A stretch of DNA of 45,902 bases, taken from positions 1 through 45,902 of IMG/VR virus record IMGVR_UViG_3300041402_000369; one strand, written 5' to 3'. Made by a program: the position numbers and the translations under genes. Of the stretch, positions 8,625 through 18,860 are shown piece by piece (the first letter of the stretch is position 1; each line of letters begins with the position of its first letter). Source of the stretch: a virus. Taxonomy: Duplodnaviria > Caudoviricetes. The notes beneath the pieces were generated by a model, which saw only the letters and a list, made by a program, of their open reading frames with translations, was not told where the DNA came from and searched no databases.

Positions 8625-9503
8625 TCATGAAAGAATATTATGTGGTTGGTGAGTACATCGAAAAGACAAAGGCTGGCGGTGTGTCATGGGAGATTGCTGG
8701 GGTATTCGACAACCAAGACGGTGCGGAGGCCGCTTGCATTAATGATAATTATTTTGTCGGACCTGTCCCTTTAAATAAGCCACTACCAACAGAGAGAACT
8801 ATCTGGCCCGGCGTTTATTACCCTAATCTTCAGGAGCGGCCATGATCACAATAATATCATTCATAGCAGGCTTCCTCCTGGCAACCGTGCTTTTCTGGTA
8901 TATCAACCACAAACAACGCCAAGCATGGCAATCTGAATACCGGCGGCTGATGGGTGGGATAAAAAAGGCGAAAACAGACGTTCTTAATATAAACGTCACG
9001 CGGGCAGTAATTTCTAACCGGCTGAGCAAGATTTACTTCAATGAACCAAACTGGCCGAGGTCATAACCATGTCAGGTAAATCAGAAAAAAAATTAAGAAG
9101 AGCCGTCCGTAAAGAAGCCGCGCCGATCAAAGTCCAGGCATTACAGGAATTTTTCGATTATGCCACGGGCCAGCGGTTTCGTAAGCGGGTAGCGTTCTGT
9201 TTTAAAATTATTTTTAAGAGGTTGTGAGATATGAAGCGCGACCATGAAGTAAAATACGAATATGGGGTATTTAGCCATTGCGGCCTTACATGGCAGCAAT
9301 GCTGTAAATGTAAAAAGGATTTCAGGTGGGAAAAAGGTTTCAGTTTTTTAGCTGGCCCTTTTCATGGTGGTATTGGCAAATGGTATTATTTGTGTAGCAA
9401 TTGCGCTCCAAACCTAAAGACTGCTAACTATTTGGCCGTTAATAAGTGTTACATTCCAGAAAGGCCACCGGCTCCACCGCCACCGCCACCGAAGAAAAAA
9501 TAA
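8621..9503 (+). CDS. four small hypothetical ORFs (8621-8845, 8842-9066, 9069-9227, 9231-9503)
   Basis: coupled ORFs; the last has CxxC pairs and a poly-Pro tail. Confidence 0.55.
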
Positions 9504-9570
9504 TTAATTTCTGTTACCCTGTTTTTTCACCGCCGATTTTTAACCCCGCTCTCAACAGGACACCTACGCC

Positions 9571-12192
9571 TTGATCAACGCAGACGACATAAAAAACGCG
9601 GTCGATATTGTAGATATTATAGGCAAATTCGTCGAGCTTAAACAGGAGGGCAGCGGATTTAAAGGCTGCTGCCCGTTCCATGACGAAAAAACAGGCTCAT
9701 TTAATGTCATGCCAGACCGGCAGCGTTATTTCTGCCACGGTTGCCAAGAGCAGGGCGACGTTATAGCGTTTATCATGCTACATAAATCCCTTGACTTCAC
9801 AGCCGCTTGTGAATTTCTCGGCGGCGATATTAAACCGGATCAGCCACCGCCACCCAGACCCAAGGCGAAGAAGAAAAAACACGCCAAGCCGGTGCCGCTC
9901 AGTTATGAAGATGCAAAGAACCACTATACAAAAGACATCATGCAGGATCGGGCTGACTTCATCTTTAAAGACACCCCCAAACAATTCAAACAGGCATGGG
10001 CATACAAAAACGCCGACGGCATGGTGGAGCTTGTTGACGTTCGTTTCGAGGATGAAAAAGGCAAAAAACAAGTGTTGTCGATGTACTGGAACGGCAACAC
10101 CATTAAGCTGGCCGGTTATCCGATCCTGTTGTTCAACCGTGACCTGCTGGCCGCGCACCCAGAAAAACCTGTATTAATTGTCGAGGGTGCTAAGACCGCA
10201 GAGGCCGGGGCCGCATTAACTGAATTTGTGGTAGTGACTTGGAACGGTGGCGGGGCAAAGGCAAAGGACGTTGACTGGTCTGTATTGAAAAATCGTGAAG
10301 TATTCATATTCCCTGACGACGATCAGAAAAAATACGTCGATAGCCACCCCCGCGCCGGTCAGTTGTTGCCGAACATTGAGCAGCCTGGAATTAAAACAGC
10401 CGCCTCGATTAAGAAGAAGCTACCACATGCCAAGATTGTCAAGCCGGTGGTTGATGCCCGGAAGGTTAAACCGTCCGGGGCCGATCTGGTTGAGGTTTTG
10501 GAGGTATTAACGCCGGAGCAGACCACGGCCCATATTCTTGACACGAAAGGCGATAAACCCGCACCAACTTCTAGTGATTCAACCACATCAACCTCTAGTG
10601 ATCCAACTCCACCCCCCCCGTCAGCATGGCCCTTCCAAGTTCTTGGCGTGGCAGACGACGCCAAGGCTTACTTCATCGGCCAAAACGACCGCCTCTATGC
10701 CCTCAATCCCCTATCATTCACGAAAGCCCAACTTTACAACCTGACCAATATAGAATGGTGGCGCGAGGCTTACGGCTACACCGGCAAGGACTGGGAAACC
10801 GCCATGAGCGATCTGGTCCAGTCCTCAAATATAGCCGACTTCGATCCAGAACGAATGCGAGGCCGTGGCGCATGGCGTGAACCAGACGGGAGAATCTGCT
10901 ACCACGACGGCAAGACCACGACAGGGGAGTGGGACAAGGATAGAATATTTGTCAGAAGGCCGTTTAAGAAAATGGGTCTTGCCTCTCCACCGGCTACATA
11001 TAAGCAAAGGGAAACGATAAGAAAGGCTGCGAAGGATTTAAACTTTGAAACGTTGACAGATATGGTCAGGGTTTTGGGCTGGGCCGTTCTTGCTCCCTTC
11101 GCCGGAGCGTTGCCATGGCGACCGTCTATCCTGCTTACCGCTGCCTCTGGGTCTGGCAAATCTGCCATTGTTAATGTTCTAATTAATAAAATTTCCCGAT
11201 CCCTAATGGCATCAGGAGAGATCTCTACTCCAGTCGGGGTCAGGCAACATGTAGGCATTGACAGCATGTCGGTGATAATCGAAGAGGCAGAAGATAACAG
11301 GGATGAATACTTCGCATTAATGAGGCAGTCAACGACAGACGACACGCCTGATGCTCTAAAGGGGACGATGGACGGCAAGGGTGTGAAGTTTAAGCTCAGA
11401 AGTATGTTTATGTTCGTTTCGATAGATCCCACCATAAACAAAGAAGGTGACGAAAACCGCATATTCATGGTGGGATTAGTCAAAGGAAAGCACAACGCTA
11501 AACAGTGGGCAGTGGTAGAAAAAAACATGATTGATGCCATGCCTGAAAAAGTCTGTAACGGAGTCAGGAGCTTTGTCTGGAAAAACCTCAAGGCCATACT
11601 TAGTTTAGCCGAAAAGTTAAATTTTACGGTGCAAATAGCCGCCAAGACAGATACACGAACAGCTTATGCCGATTCACTTATCATAGCCGCCTATTTAGTG
11701 GTTTTTAGAGATGAGTTGAACCCGTCAGATAAGTACATGGGAAAATTCCTTTCTGAATATTACGGGGAAAGTCCTGCTGGGCCACGCCGCAACGAGAACG
11801 AGGAGATGCTTGACATTCTACTTGATTCCATAGTCAAGGGTGACAGCGGCCACAATTACACGATCCGCGAGGTGCTGGGGGCCATTGAGACAGGGAAAGT
11901 GTGGAGCAATGAGGATGATATGGAGGCCACAGACCGCGAAGAACACGAGATGCCGACCACATACGCCCGTCGCTTGGCAGGGATGTACGGCATGGGATTA
12001 TCACCAGACGGCGATATCGCAATAGCTAAAAATCATCAGGAGGTTATGAAAATGCTTGGTAAGGGCAAAGGGTATCAGTTGCAGCTAATGAGGCACCCGC
12101 GATTGGTTGAGCGTGGCAAGAATGTTAATCTTGGTAGTGCTTGCGGTGTTAAAAATTGTGTTGTTATTGGGTGGGAACGTGATCAAGATTAA
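9571..12192 (+). CDS. primase-helicase (CHC2 Zn finger, TOPRIM, P-loop domain)
   Basis: CPFHDEKT...CHGC...GDVI; VLIVEG.K and FPDDD TOPRIM; Walker A AASGSGKS and IIEEAE. Confidence 0.88.
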   Translation: MINADDIKNAVDIVDIIGKFVELKQEGSGFKGCCPFHDEKTGSFNVMPDRQRYFCHGCQEQGDVIAFIMLHKSLDFTAACEFLGGDIKPDQPPPPRPKAKKKKHAKPVPLSYEDAKNHYTKDIMQDRADFIFKDTPKQFKQAWAYKNADGMVELVDVRFEDEKGKKQVLSMYWNGNTIKLAGYPILLFNRDLLAAHPEKPVLIVEGAKTAEAGAALTEFVVVTWNGGGAKAKDVDWSVLKNREVFIFPDDDQKKYVDSHPRAGQLLPNIEQPGIKTAASIKKKLPHAKIVKPVVDARKVKPSGADLVEVLEVLTPEQTTAHILDTKGDKPAPTSSDSTTSTSSDPTPPPPSAWPFQVLGVADDAKAYFIGQNDRLYALNPLSFTKAQLYNLTNIEWWREAYGYTGKDWETAMSDLVQSSNIADFDPERMRGRGAWREPDGRICYHDGKTTTGEWDKDRIFVRRPFKKMGLASPPATYKQRETIRKAAKDLNFETLTDMVRVLGWAVLAPFAGALPWRPSILLTAASGSGKSAIVNVLINKISRSLMASGEISTPVGVRQHVGIDSMSVIIEEAEDNRDEYFALMRQSTTDDTPDALKGTMDGKGVKFKLRSMFMFVSIDPTINKEGDENRIFMVGLVKGKHNAKQWAVVEKNMIDAMPEKVCNGVRSFVWKNLKAILSLAEKLNFTVQIAAKTDTRTAYADSLIIAAYLVVFRDELNPSDKYMGKFLSEYYGESPAGPRRNENEEMLDILLDSIVKGDSGHNYTIREVLGAIETGKVWSNEDDMEATDREEHEMPTTYARRLAGMYGMGLSPDGDIAIAKNHQEVMKMLGKGKGYQLQLMRHPRLVERGKNVNLGSACGVKNCVVIGWERDQD
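10565..10612 (+). repeat. 24-bp imperfect tandem repeat in the primase linker
   Basis: caacttctagtgattcaaccacat / caacctctagtgatccaactccac. Confidence 0.8.
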
Positions 12193-13114
12193 CACCGTCC
12201 ACCACATGGACAACAGGGAAGGGATGGCCGCATTGCCTGAAAAGTGCGCCAGCCTGATAATTGCAGATCCTCCATATTTTGAGGTAAAGGGGGAATTTGA
12301 TTTTGTCTGGAAATCCTTTGATGAATACCTAGAATTTATGGAAGAACAGGCCAAGGCATACAAGAGGATACTTGCCGAGAATGGAACTCTTTATGTTTAC
12401 GGAGCGAGTAAGAGAATTGCCTATGTGCAAGTTATTTTTGATAAGTATTTTGGGCTTGTGAACAGTTTAGTTTGGGAAAAGGCAGAACGTGACGGGCTAT
12501 TTGGATCAACTGGCAGTGAACAGCTAAGAAGTTTCCCAAATAGCACTGAGCGGCTATTAATGTACCATCGACAAACTGACACCGAAACACCTATAGGGCA
12601 TTATATTGAGGGTATAAGGGAGCGGGCTTGTTTGACTAGAAATGATATCGACGTTGCGTTGGGGTATGTGCGGACTAAAAACCCCAAAAGAGGAACAGAA
12701 CTTTGCAGAAGATGGGAAGAGGGTTCAAGTATTCCGACAGAAAAAGACTTTGTGTCAGTAGTTGAATTATGCGGCGGTGGAAACGCTAACCTTGGGGAGT
12801 TACGGCGGGAATACGAAGGGTTAAGGCGACCGTTCAAAAATTACACAAAAAGCACCGAGGTCTTGAAATTTAGGTTTGTACCATCCGACCACGACCACGA
12901 CACGGTAAAGCCTGATTCAATTAGCAACTGCCTTGTAATAACCAGCAGCCGCAAGGGTGACTTGGTGGTGGTTCCTTTCGCCGGTAGCGGCTCGGAGTGC
13001 GTAGCAGCCAAGAAGAAAGGCCGTGATTTTATCGGCTTTGAAACTACGCTAAAATATGTAGAAATGGCAAACGAGCGAGTAAGGAAAGAAACAGCACAAA
13101 GGGAACTATTCTAA
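12179..13114 (+). CDS. beta-class N6-adenine/N4-cytosine DNA methyltransferase
   Basis: DPPY precedes H.TVKP and PFAGSGS; probable GTG start at 12179. Confidence 0.9.
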   Translation: MIKINTVHHMDNREGMAALPEKCASLIIADPPYFEVKGEFDFVWKSFDEYLEFMEEQAKAYKRILAENGTLYVYGASKRIAYVQVIFDKYFGLVNSLVWEKAERDGLFGSTGSEQLRSFPNSTERLLMYHRQTDTETPIGHYIEGIRERACLTRNDIDVALGYVRTKNPKRGTELCRRWEEGSSIPTEKDFVSVVELCGGGNANLGELRREYEGLRRPFKNYTKSTEVLKFRFVPSDHDHDTVKPDSISNCLVITSSRKGDLVVVPFAGSGSECVAAKKKGRDFIGFETTLKYVEMANERVRKETAQRELF

Positions 13115-13362
13115 TGGCACAAAACACAGAAATACACGTCAAAAGCAGCCATATTTATATAACAATTACAATCTTGATTTTACTATTGGCCGCATCGTTC
13201 AGCCTCGGAGTAGCTTGGGGAAAAATAAACTCAAGATTCCAGTACCACGAGTTGCCGCTTAAATCAGGTGGGATCGCATTAATAGTGCCGGATAAATGGC
13301 AGGTAGTGACTGAATGGGATAAGCACGGACGGCCTTATATCAAGCCTACTGATATGTACTAG
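13114..13362 (+). CDS. membrane-anchored hypothetical protein
   Basis: N-terminal TM segment; TAATG coupling. Confidence 0.6.
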   Translation: MAQNTEIHVKSSHIYITITILILLLAASFSLGVAWGKINSRFQYHELPLKSGGIALIVPDKWQVVTEWDKHGRPYIKPTDMY

Positions 13363-13372
13363 GCCGTCCGTG
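13324..13372. terminator. 12-bp perfect inverted repeat at convergent gene ends
   Basis: CACGGACGGCCT-25 nt-AGGCCGTCCGTG. Confidence 0.55.
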
Positions 13373-13377
13373 GGTTG

Positions 13378-13647
13378 TTAATAAGGAACATCAAAGCCAC
13401 TAGGGTCGCACTCCATGCACATTCTAGCCATGCCAATAGCGCCAACAGTTTTCTTACAACCACCGCAGACATAACCGAACTTGCCTTCCTTCCCGCTTCT
13501 CTCCATGCCTATCTCACGGTACGCATTAACAATCGCCGCCGGGTGGTCCTCCAAAATCTTATAATAAATATCGGTGATCAGCCCCCGATTGCCCCGGCAT
13601 GATCTGGTTATTGCAATCGCTTTTTTGTGGTTTGTTGTGTCGCTCAT
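13378..13647 (-). CDS. hypothetical protein with two CxxC
   Basis: CGGC...CMEC; GGGGAG SD before MSDTT. Confidence 0.6.
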   Translation of the reverse strand: MSDTTNHKKAIAITRSCRGNRGLITDIYYKILEDHPAAIVNAYREIGMERSGKEGKFGYVCGGCKKTVGAIGMARMCMECDPSGFDVPY

Positions 13648-13648
13648 T

Positions 13649-13873
13649 TTATGGTCTCCCCCAGACATCAATACATTTATTGAGAAAATCCCTTAATTGC
13701 TCGGCTTCCTCACGGTTAATGCACCCGCCATACCTTTTGCCGTCCTGATACCATACAGTGCATATCTCTACGCCTGATTCCTCCATGTCTCCGGTCATCC
13801 AACCTTCTGAAAATTTAATTGGCTCACTCCCTCGGACATCAAACTCGATAGATAATTTTTCTGTGTCGCTCAT
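13649..13873 (-). CDS. hypothetical protein
   Basis: AAGGAGG SD. Confidence 0.65.
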   Translation of the reverse strand: MSDTEKLSIEFDVRGSEPIKFSEGWMTGDMEESGVEICTVWYQDGKRYGGCINREEAEQLRDFLNKCIDVWGRP

Positions 13874-14139
13874 AACTTCCTCCTTAAATTAGTTAATCGG
13901 AACTTGACAGGCCCAAGCCATGAGAAGCAAAACATAAAGACACCCGAAAATAGCTAGCACGCACAGGCCGGTAATGATGTTCTCCCTTTTCTCTTCTTTC
14001 TTCGTCATGGCAAAACCCCTTGTCGTCATATTTAAAAACCAAATTGTTAAAAATAGCATATACATTAAAAAAAGGTTTGTAAATGTTTTTTTGTGTGGTA
14101 GTGTTTATTTAACATTAAAAAATAATGAGGAGAAAAGCC

Positions 14140-14379
14140 ATGAGCAACGAACAGAAGATTAGGGAAATTATTGCCGATACATTGTGTGTCGATTTAGAGG
14201 AGGTTATCGCCTCAGCCAATCTTGTCGATGACCTCGGGGCCGATTCTCTTGATCTGGTCGAATTGATTATGGGCTTTGAAGAGGCTTTCGACATCGAGAT
14301 TGCCGATGAAGTTGCCGAGAAAATCACCAATGTCGCCGAGATTGTCAATCACATCAACGAACTCACGGAGAATATTTAA
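14140..14379 (+). CDS. acpP: acyl carrier protein
   Basis: 79 aa, acidic, DDLGADSLDLVELIM.FEE.FDIEI.DE.AEKI with intact phosphopantetheine Ser; GAGGAG SD. Confidence 0.95.
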   Translation: MSNEQKIREIIADTLCVDLEEVIASANLVDDLGADSLDLVELIMGFEEAFDIEIADEVAEKITNVAEIVNHINELTENI

Positions 14380-14380
14380 C

Positions 14381-14539
14381 ATGCCAAACAAACCAGGGTT
14401 AGAACAAAGGTCAATCGGTCTGGCCGATGCAACGTGGAAATGGCTTGAAAAGACTGCCAAAGAGGAAACAAGGTCGGTTGTCCAGCAGATCAGGCACTTG
14501 CTTGAAAAAATCAGGCGTGAAACGGAGGGGAAGAAATGA
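14381..14539 (+). CDS. Arc-like RHH regulator
   Basis: RSIGL...W.WL...A.EE.RS..QQIRHLL. Confidence 0.65.
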   Translation: MPNKPGLEQRSIGLADATWKWLEKTAKEETRSVVQQIRHLLEKIRRETEGKK

Positions 14540-14817
14540 AAGATGACGAATATGAAATCGCAATAGACGCAAGTTGGCGGGATTATAGTTCAGACCCCTT
14601 GGATGATATCGCGGCAATGGCTGAAACGGTAAGGCAAGAAAGCGGGATTATGCCAGATACAATTTTATGCAACCTGAAGACCTATGCCTATTTGGTGCTA
14701 GGTCGTTTTCTCGTGGAGATACAATGCGGCTTGATTGCTGTGTATAGATACCAACTCCCCCGCTCAACCTTCAAGCAACACTGGAACGACTGTTTCGGGT
14801 GGGCGGTATGCTGGTAA
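14536..14817 (+). CDS. small protein resembling a segment of gpE-type major capsid protein
   Basis: SW....SDPLDDI..M...V....GI.PD.I.C aligns by eye with MCP TSWS...DALGDL..M...I...G..TPN.C.M. Confidence 0.5.
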   Translation: MKDDEYEIAIDASWRDYSSDPLDDIAAMAETVRQESGIMPDTILCNLKTYAYLVLGRFLVEIQCGLIAVYRYQLPRSTFKQHWNDCFGWAVCW

Positions 14818-15224
14818 TAGCAATAAAACTGACAGCCATATCACTGGCAGTCTGGGCCATTACTGTCTATCTAATAAAAAAATTCTTCTGAGGATCTGCC
14901 AATGTCCGATCAAGACAGAATCAAACGCCTTGAAGCTGAAAACGAACGCCTACGAATAGGAATAAAAACAGCAACTTCTGCCCTCTGGTCGTGGATATAT
15001 TCAAGGAAACAACGCCATATAGCCGATATTTACGACGACCTCAAGGCTCTGCTCTATACCGGTGGCTGTGATGGCTGAAAAATATACCGCTGATTATTCA
15101 TTATTAAGGGAATGCTGGTGCGTGTTTGAGAGGATTACCGCATCAATAAGGGTTGTCTTTCAACAATGCCCATACAAGAAAGCTGCCGAAAAATTAGCTG
15201 AGAGGCTGAACCGCGAGGTTGAGA

Positions 15225-15551
15225 ATGAATAGCCGCGCCCACATCAACACCAAAAAAATCAAGGGCATAATCGCCGCCAATATCCACCAGGGCGAACAGG
15301 TCTGCGCCGATAAAATAAACCAAGGCGGTTTTTCACCTCCAGGATACGCCAGGGAATGGGGGCCGGAACATATCAAGCCGATGATGGCCGGAGAAATATC
15401 ATTAAAGCGACCGCCCAAGATTGAAAAGATTGTGATTTCAGCGGCGATACTGCGCGATGTTTACGATATTATTTTCCGTAATTCTGTGACCAATTCCGAG
15501 TTTGTCAGGACCGCGATAATGGAGAAAATTGAGAGGGAGGGGTTAAGATGA
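15225..15551 (+). CDS. hypothetical protein with C-terminal RHH-like motif
   Basis: IVISAAI..DVYDII......NSEFVRTAIMEKIERE. Confidence 0.55.
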   Translation: MNSRAHINTKKIKGIIAANIHQGEQVCADKINQGGFSPPGYAREWGPEHIKPMMAGEISLKRPPKIEKIVISAAILRDVYDIIFRNSVTNSEFVRTAIMEKIEREGLR

Positions 15552-16455
15552 AAAATAAATGCAACTGCGGAAAATCAGGAGGATACCACGATGTATCTTG
15601 TGAAATCCATAAGGGGTTCGTGCCTGACGAGGGGAAGTGCCAGAATGAATTGATTGAGTGGAGAGAAAGCAAGGGACATGACACTTCTTGGGGATATGTT
15701 GCTGACAGGTGCGTTTTCACTATCACCAAGCCCTACACTTACGCAGATAACCACAATATTTATTGGGGGTTGGGTAATCCTGGGCACAATCAAGAATCAA
15801 CTGTTTATTCATCCCTTGAAGCCGCCAAAACCAAAGCTGGGCAACTTTTCACCGAGTGGCTAGCTAAAGCAAAGCTGACACCGGAGCCGGTGCATTGTCC
15901 AGATTGCCAAGACAGTGGCGAAATATGGGTAAAGGATTGCACGGTTGAAGACGGGAGTAATATGCGATTTGACGGGGACTGCCCATGCACCAAAAATCCA
16001 GCATCATTTTACTCACTAAAACAACGTATGGTGAGGCTAAAATGATAACCACCCCAGGAAAATACAAGATTAAATTATGCGAAGGAGCCAAGCCAGTGAC
16101 CGCCAACGTGATTGATCAAGACGGCCAGCTGGGTATCTGGTTCAGCATATCAAGAATATTCACGCCCTTGACTGATTTTAAGGGGTTAACGGTTGTTGAG
16201 AAATTGGAGGGATAGGAGATGGCAGATAAATTTGAGATACGTTTCATGGTAGACGAGGACATCAATACAATTGAAGACATGGCATTATTAAAATCTGCGA
16301 TGGACAAAGCGACTGATGCTTGTGATTGCGGGGCCAAAGGAGTTGTAATTTGCCAGATATTTACAAATGAATATGGGATGGCTTGCGTTGAAGGCAAGTT
16401 TGTGAACCACGATATTGCTAGTAAAATTGTTAAACTAACTAAGGCGGCTAAATAA
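15548..16455 (+). CDS. three hypothetical ORFs (15548-16045 Cys-rich, 16042-16215, 16219-16455)
   Basis: translationally coupled ORFs with SD sites. Confidence 0.6.
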
Positions 16456-18000
16456 ATGCCCCTAAGAGAATACCAATCAAACCTACTGCAAGCCGTCAGG
16501 GAATTACTCGTTAAATTCGACGCGGTAATGATGCAGCTCGCGACCGGCGGCGGCAAGACATGGATTTTCTCGGTTATGACCGCTCTTGCCTTGGAGAAAA
16601 ATAACCCTGTCTGGATCGTGGTCCCGAGGAATGAGCTATTAATGCAGTCCAGCGATCAACTGCGGTCAGTGGGAGTCCCGCACGGCATTATCTCCGCCAA
16701 GTCGAACGAATCACGGGCTTTTAATGTCCACGTCGTCAGTAAAGACACGCTAATGCGCCGCATCAAGGCCGGGAAGATAAAGAATTTTCCCAAACTCATT
16801 ATCATCGACGAGGCCCACCTTGCCCTTGACCAGCAGTTATTCATCAAGGAAAACGCGCCGGACGGCACAAAGTTTATCGGGGTCACGGCCACACCCGAAA
16901 AATTAGACGGTCGCGGATTATCTGAGATGTATCAAGGCATATCTTACGGCCCATCTCCCCGCGAATTAGTTGAGTTGGGGTACCTGACAGACGTTCGTTA
17001 TTTCTGCCCCCCTGGATTCGATTTTAAGCAGCTATCGTCAAAAGATTTCTCCGGCACCGAGGTTAAAAATGACGTGCTTGACCAGATCCTCAAGGCTAGA
17101 CAGATTTACGGCAACGCGATTTCGCATTACACGCAATACGGCCAAGGAAAATCAACGATAGTTTTCTGTAGGTCGGTTAAGGCAGCAGAGGAAACGGCCC
17201 AAAGGTTCAGGGATTCAGGATATAATTTTGAATCAATCGACGGGAAAATGACGGACAAGACCAGAAAGGCGTTAATTGAAGGTTTAAAGACCGGACGTGT
17301 TCAGGGGTTAACGTCTTGTGAATTGATTTGCTATGGCCTCGACGCGCCCCGTGTTGAGTGTATTATCATGCTACGGCCAACACTGTCACGTACTTTATTT
17401 TTTCAGATGGTGGGCAGGGGCTTGCGTCCGTATCTATTCCCAGATGGATCAGTTAAGGAACATTGCGTTATTTTAGATCACGTTTGCAACCTAAAACAGC
17501 ATGGCCATCCGTTCGAGCCATACCAGTGGAAATTCCATGGTAAAGATAAACGAGGCCGCGAGAAGGGTGAGGCGGTTGCAAGTCTGAAAATTTGCCCGGA
17601 GTGCTTCATGTATTATATGGGTTCGGTTTGCACCAATTGTGGCACTGAGCGCGGCGCCAAGCCAACGAAACGCTACGAAGAAATAGACGGTAGGCTAATC
17701 GAAGTAAAAGGCCCGATTAAATTTTTCGACCGTGAGGCAAGTGAAAAACGCCAGATTCAAGAGAAAATCGACGGGCTGATATCAAAATTAAGAATTGAAA
17801 TGACAGACTCAGGGCTGGCAGAATTATTAAAACAGGCAGAGGAGCGGGGTTGGAACGCCATGAAGATATACTGGGAATTATCAGCCGGTATGATGGCGGT
17901 TAATGTTCCGTTGCTTCACGCGATACGCCGGATCAGGGAATATAAAAAGGGTTGGGTCTGGATGCAGACTAATACTATTGAGAAACGGTTAGGGAGGTAG
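16456..18000 (+). CDS. SF2 DEAD/DEAH-box helicase with C-terminal Zn finger
   Basis: LREYQ, ATGGGKT, DEAH, TATP, QMVGRGLR, CPEC...CTNC. Confidence 0.93.
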   Translation: MPLREYQSNLLQAVRELLVKFDAVMMQLATGGGKTWIFSVMTALALEKNNPVWIVVPRNELLMQSSDQLRSVGVPHGIISAKSNESRAFNVHVVSKDTLMRRIKAGKIKNFPKLIIIDEAHLALDQQLFIKENAPDGTKFIGVTATPEKLDGRGLSEMYQGISYGPSPRELVELGYLTDVRYFCPPGFDFKQLSSKDFSGTEVKNDVLDQILKARQIYGNAISHYTQYGQGKSTIVFCRSVKAAEETAQRFRDSGYNFESIDGKMTDKTRKALIEGLKTGRVQGLTSCELICYGLDAPRVECIIMLRPTLSRTLFFQMVGRGLRPYLFPDGSVKEHCVILDHVCNLKQHGHPFEPYQWKFHGKDKRGREKGEAVASLKICPECFMYYMGSVCTNCGTERGAKPTKRYEEIDGRLIEVKGPIKFFDREASEKRQIQEKIDGLISKLRIEMTDSGLAELLKQAEERGWNAMKIYWELSAGMMAVNVPLLHAIRRIREYKKGWVWMQTNTIEKRLGR

Positions 18001-18181
18001 ATGCGATGGAAACAAAATTTATTGATGGCAAGGTTCTGAGGTGTTTTGAGGTTAGCGACGAACCTATCACGAACGAAGAATATTTTAAACATGATTTCGA
18101 GCAGATCATTAGGCACTATGCAATGATACTTGATGTTGAGGAAATGAAAGAATTTTCTGAAACTGTGATTAATTCACATTT

Positions 18182-18532
18182 TTAACCCCTAATAACCCGA
18201 AAAACCCCACCCATTTTCTCAAATAAAGCCTTCATCTTCTTCTGCGCTGGCCTCAAGGTATCTTTCCCGGCCTTGACTTCTTCCATGCAGAAAACGGGGA
18301 TTTTCTGGCCCACCATGTCGGCGGTGATGGTGACTGTCTCCCAACCGCACAGATCGGGCCATCCAGGGGGGGCCATAAATACAGGCTGCGGGTTTTTAAG
18401 AATAAGCATGTCTCCGGTATGCTTAACCACCTGACCCTGCCAGCCACGACCGGCATTGATTTTAAACAGCCGTTTATTCGGTGGCAGATTGGAAAGGATA
18501 CGATTTTCTATTTCTCTGGCTGCTTTACCCAT
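18182..18532 (-). CDS. VRR-NUC domain nuclease
   Basis: LFKIN.G, GWPDL.G, EEVK, LRPAQ, GG motif set. Confidence 0.85.
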   Translation of the reverse strand: MGKAAREIENRILSNLPPNKRLFKINAGRGWQGQVVKHTGDMLILKNPQPVFMAPPGWPDLCGWETVTITADMVGQKIPVFCMEEVKAGKDTLRPAQKKMKALFEKMGGVFRVIRG

Positions 18533-18565
18533 TTCGGGATTGTAACACAAACAAGGAGAATTATC

Positions 18566-18769
18566 ATGACCGAGACTATTTTTTGGATTTTTATGGCACT
18601 GCTACTCCCTTCAATATGGATAATTTGCCACGTTATACGCTATTTTGGATGGAGGGGACACGACAGAGAGTTTGACACCGAATATAGATTTAATATGGGG
18701 CATGAAGGGCAGGGGTGGATTTGGCAAAAACCGAATTGGCTGATATTTTTATTGAAGCTGATTGATTAA
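18566..18769 (+). CDS. small membrane protein
   Basis: AAGGAG SD before MTETIFWIF; hydrophobic N-terminus. Confidence 0.55.
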   Translation: MTETIFWIFMALLLPSIWIICHVIRYFGWRGHDREFDTEYRFNMGHEGQGWIWQKPNWLIFLLKLID

Positions 18770-18860
18770 AATTAATTAAAATATAAGTTGACTTTTGTTT
18801 ATCGTTGTGTAATTATTGAGGTGTAATTTAAATACTAACCACCGCAGGGAGGAATTGAGG

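Noticed and set aside
10899-11645. Long antisense ORFs (this one and 30916-31530, 31546-32133, 37046-37492 and others)
   Set aside because: Shadows of well-supported genes on the opposite strand; no SD or motifs.
13636-13873. Repeated ATGAGCGACACA at the starts of two adjacent minus-strand genes
   Set aside because: Only 12 bp including the start codon; could be chance or an old duplication.
15071-15232. Apparent frameshift in a small ORF
   Set aside because: On re-reading it is an intact 53-aa ORF (MAEKY...REVENE).
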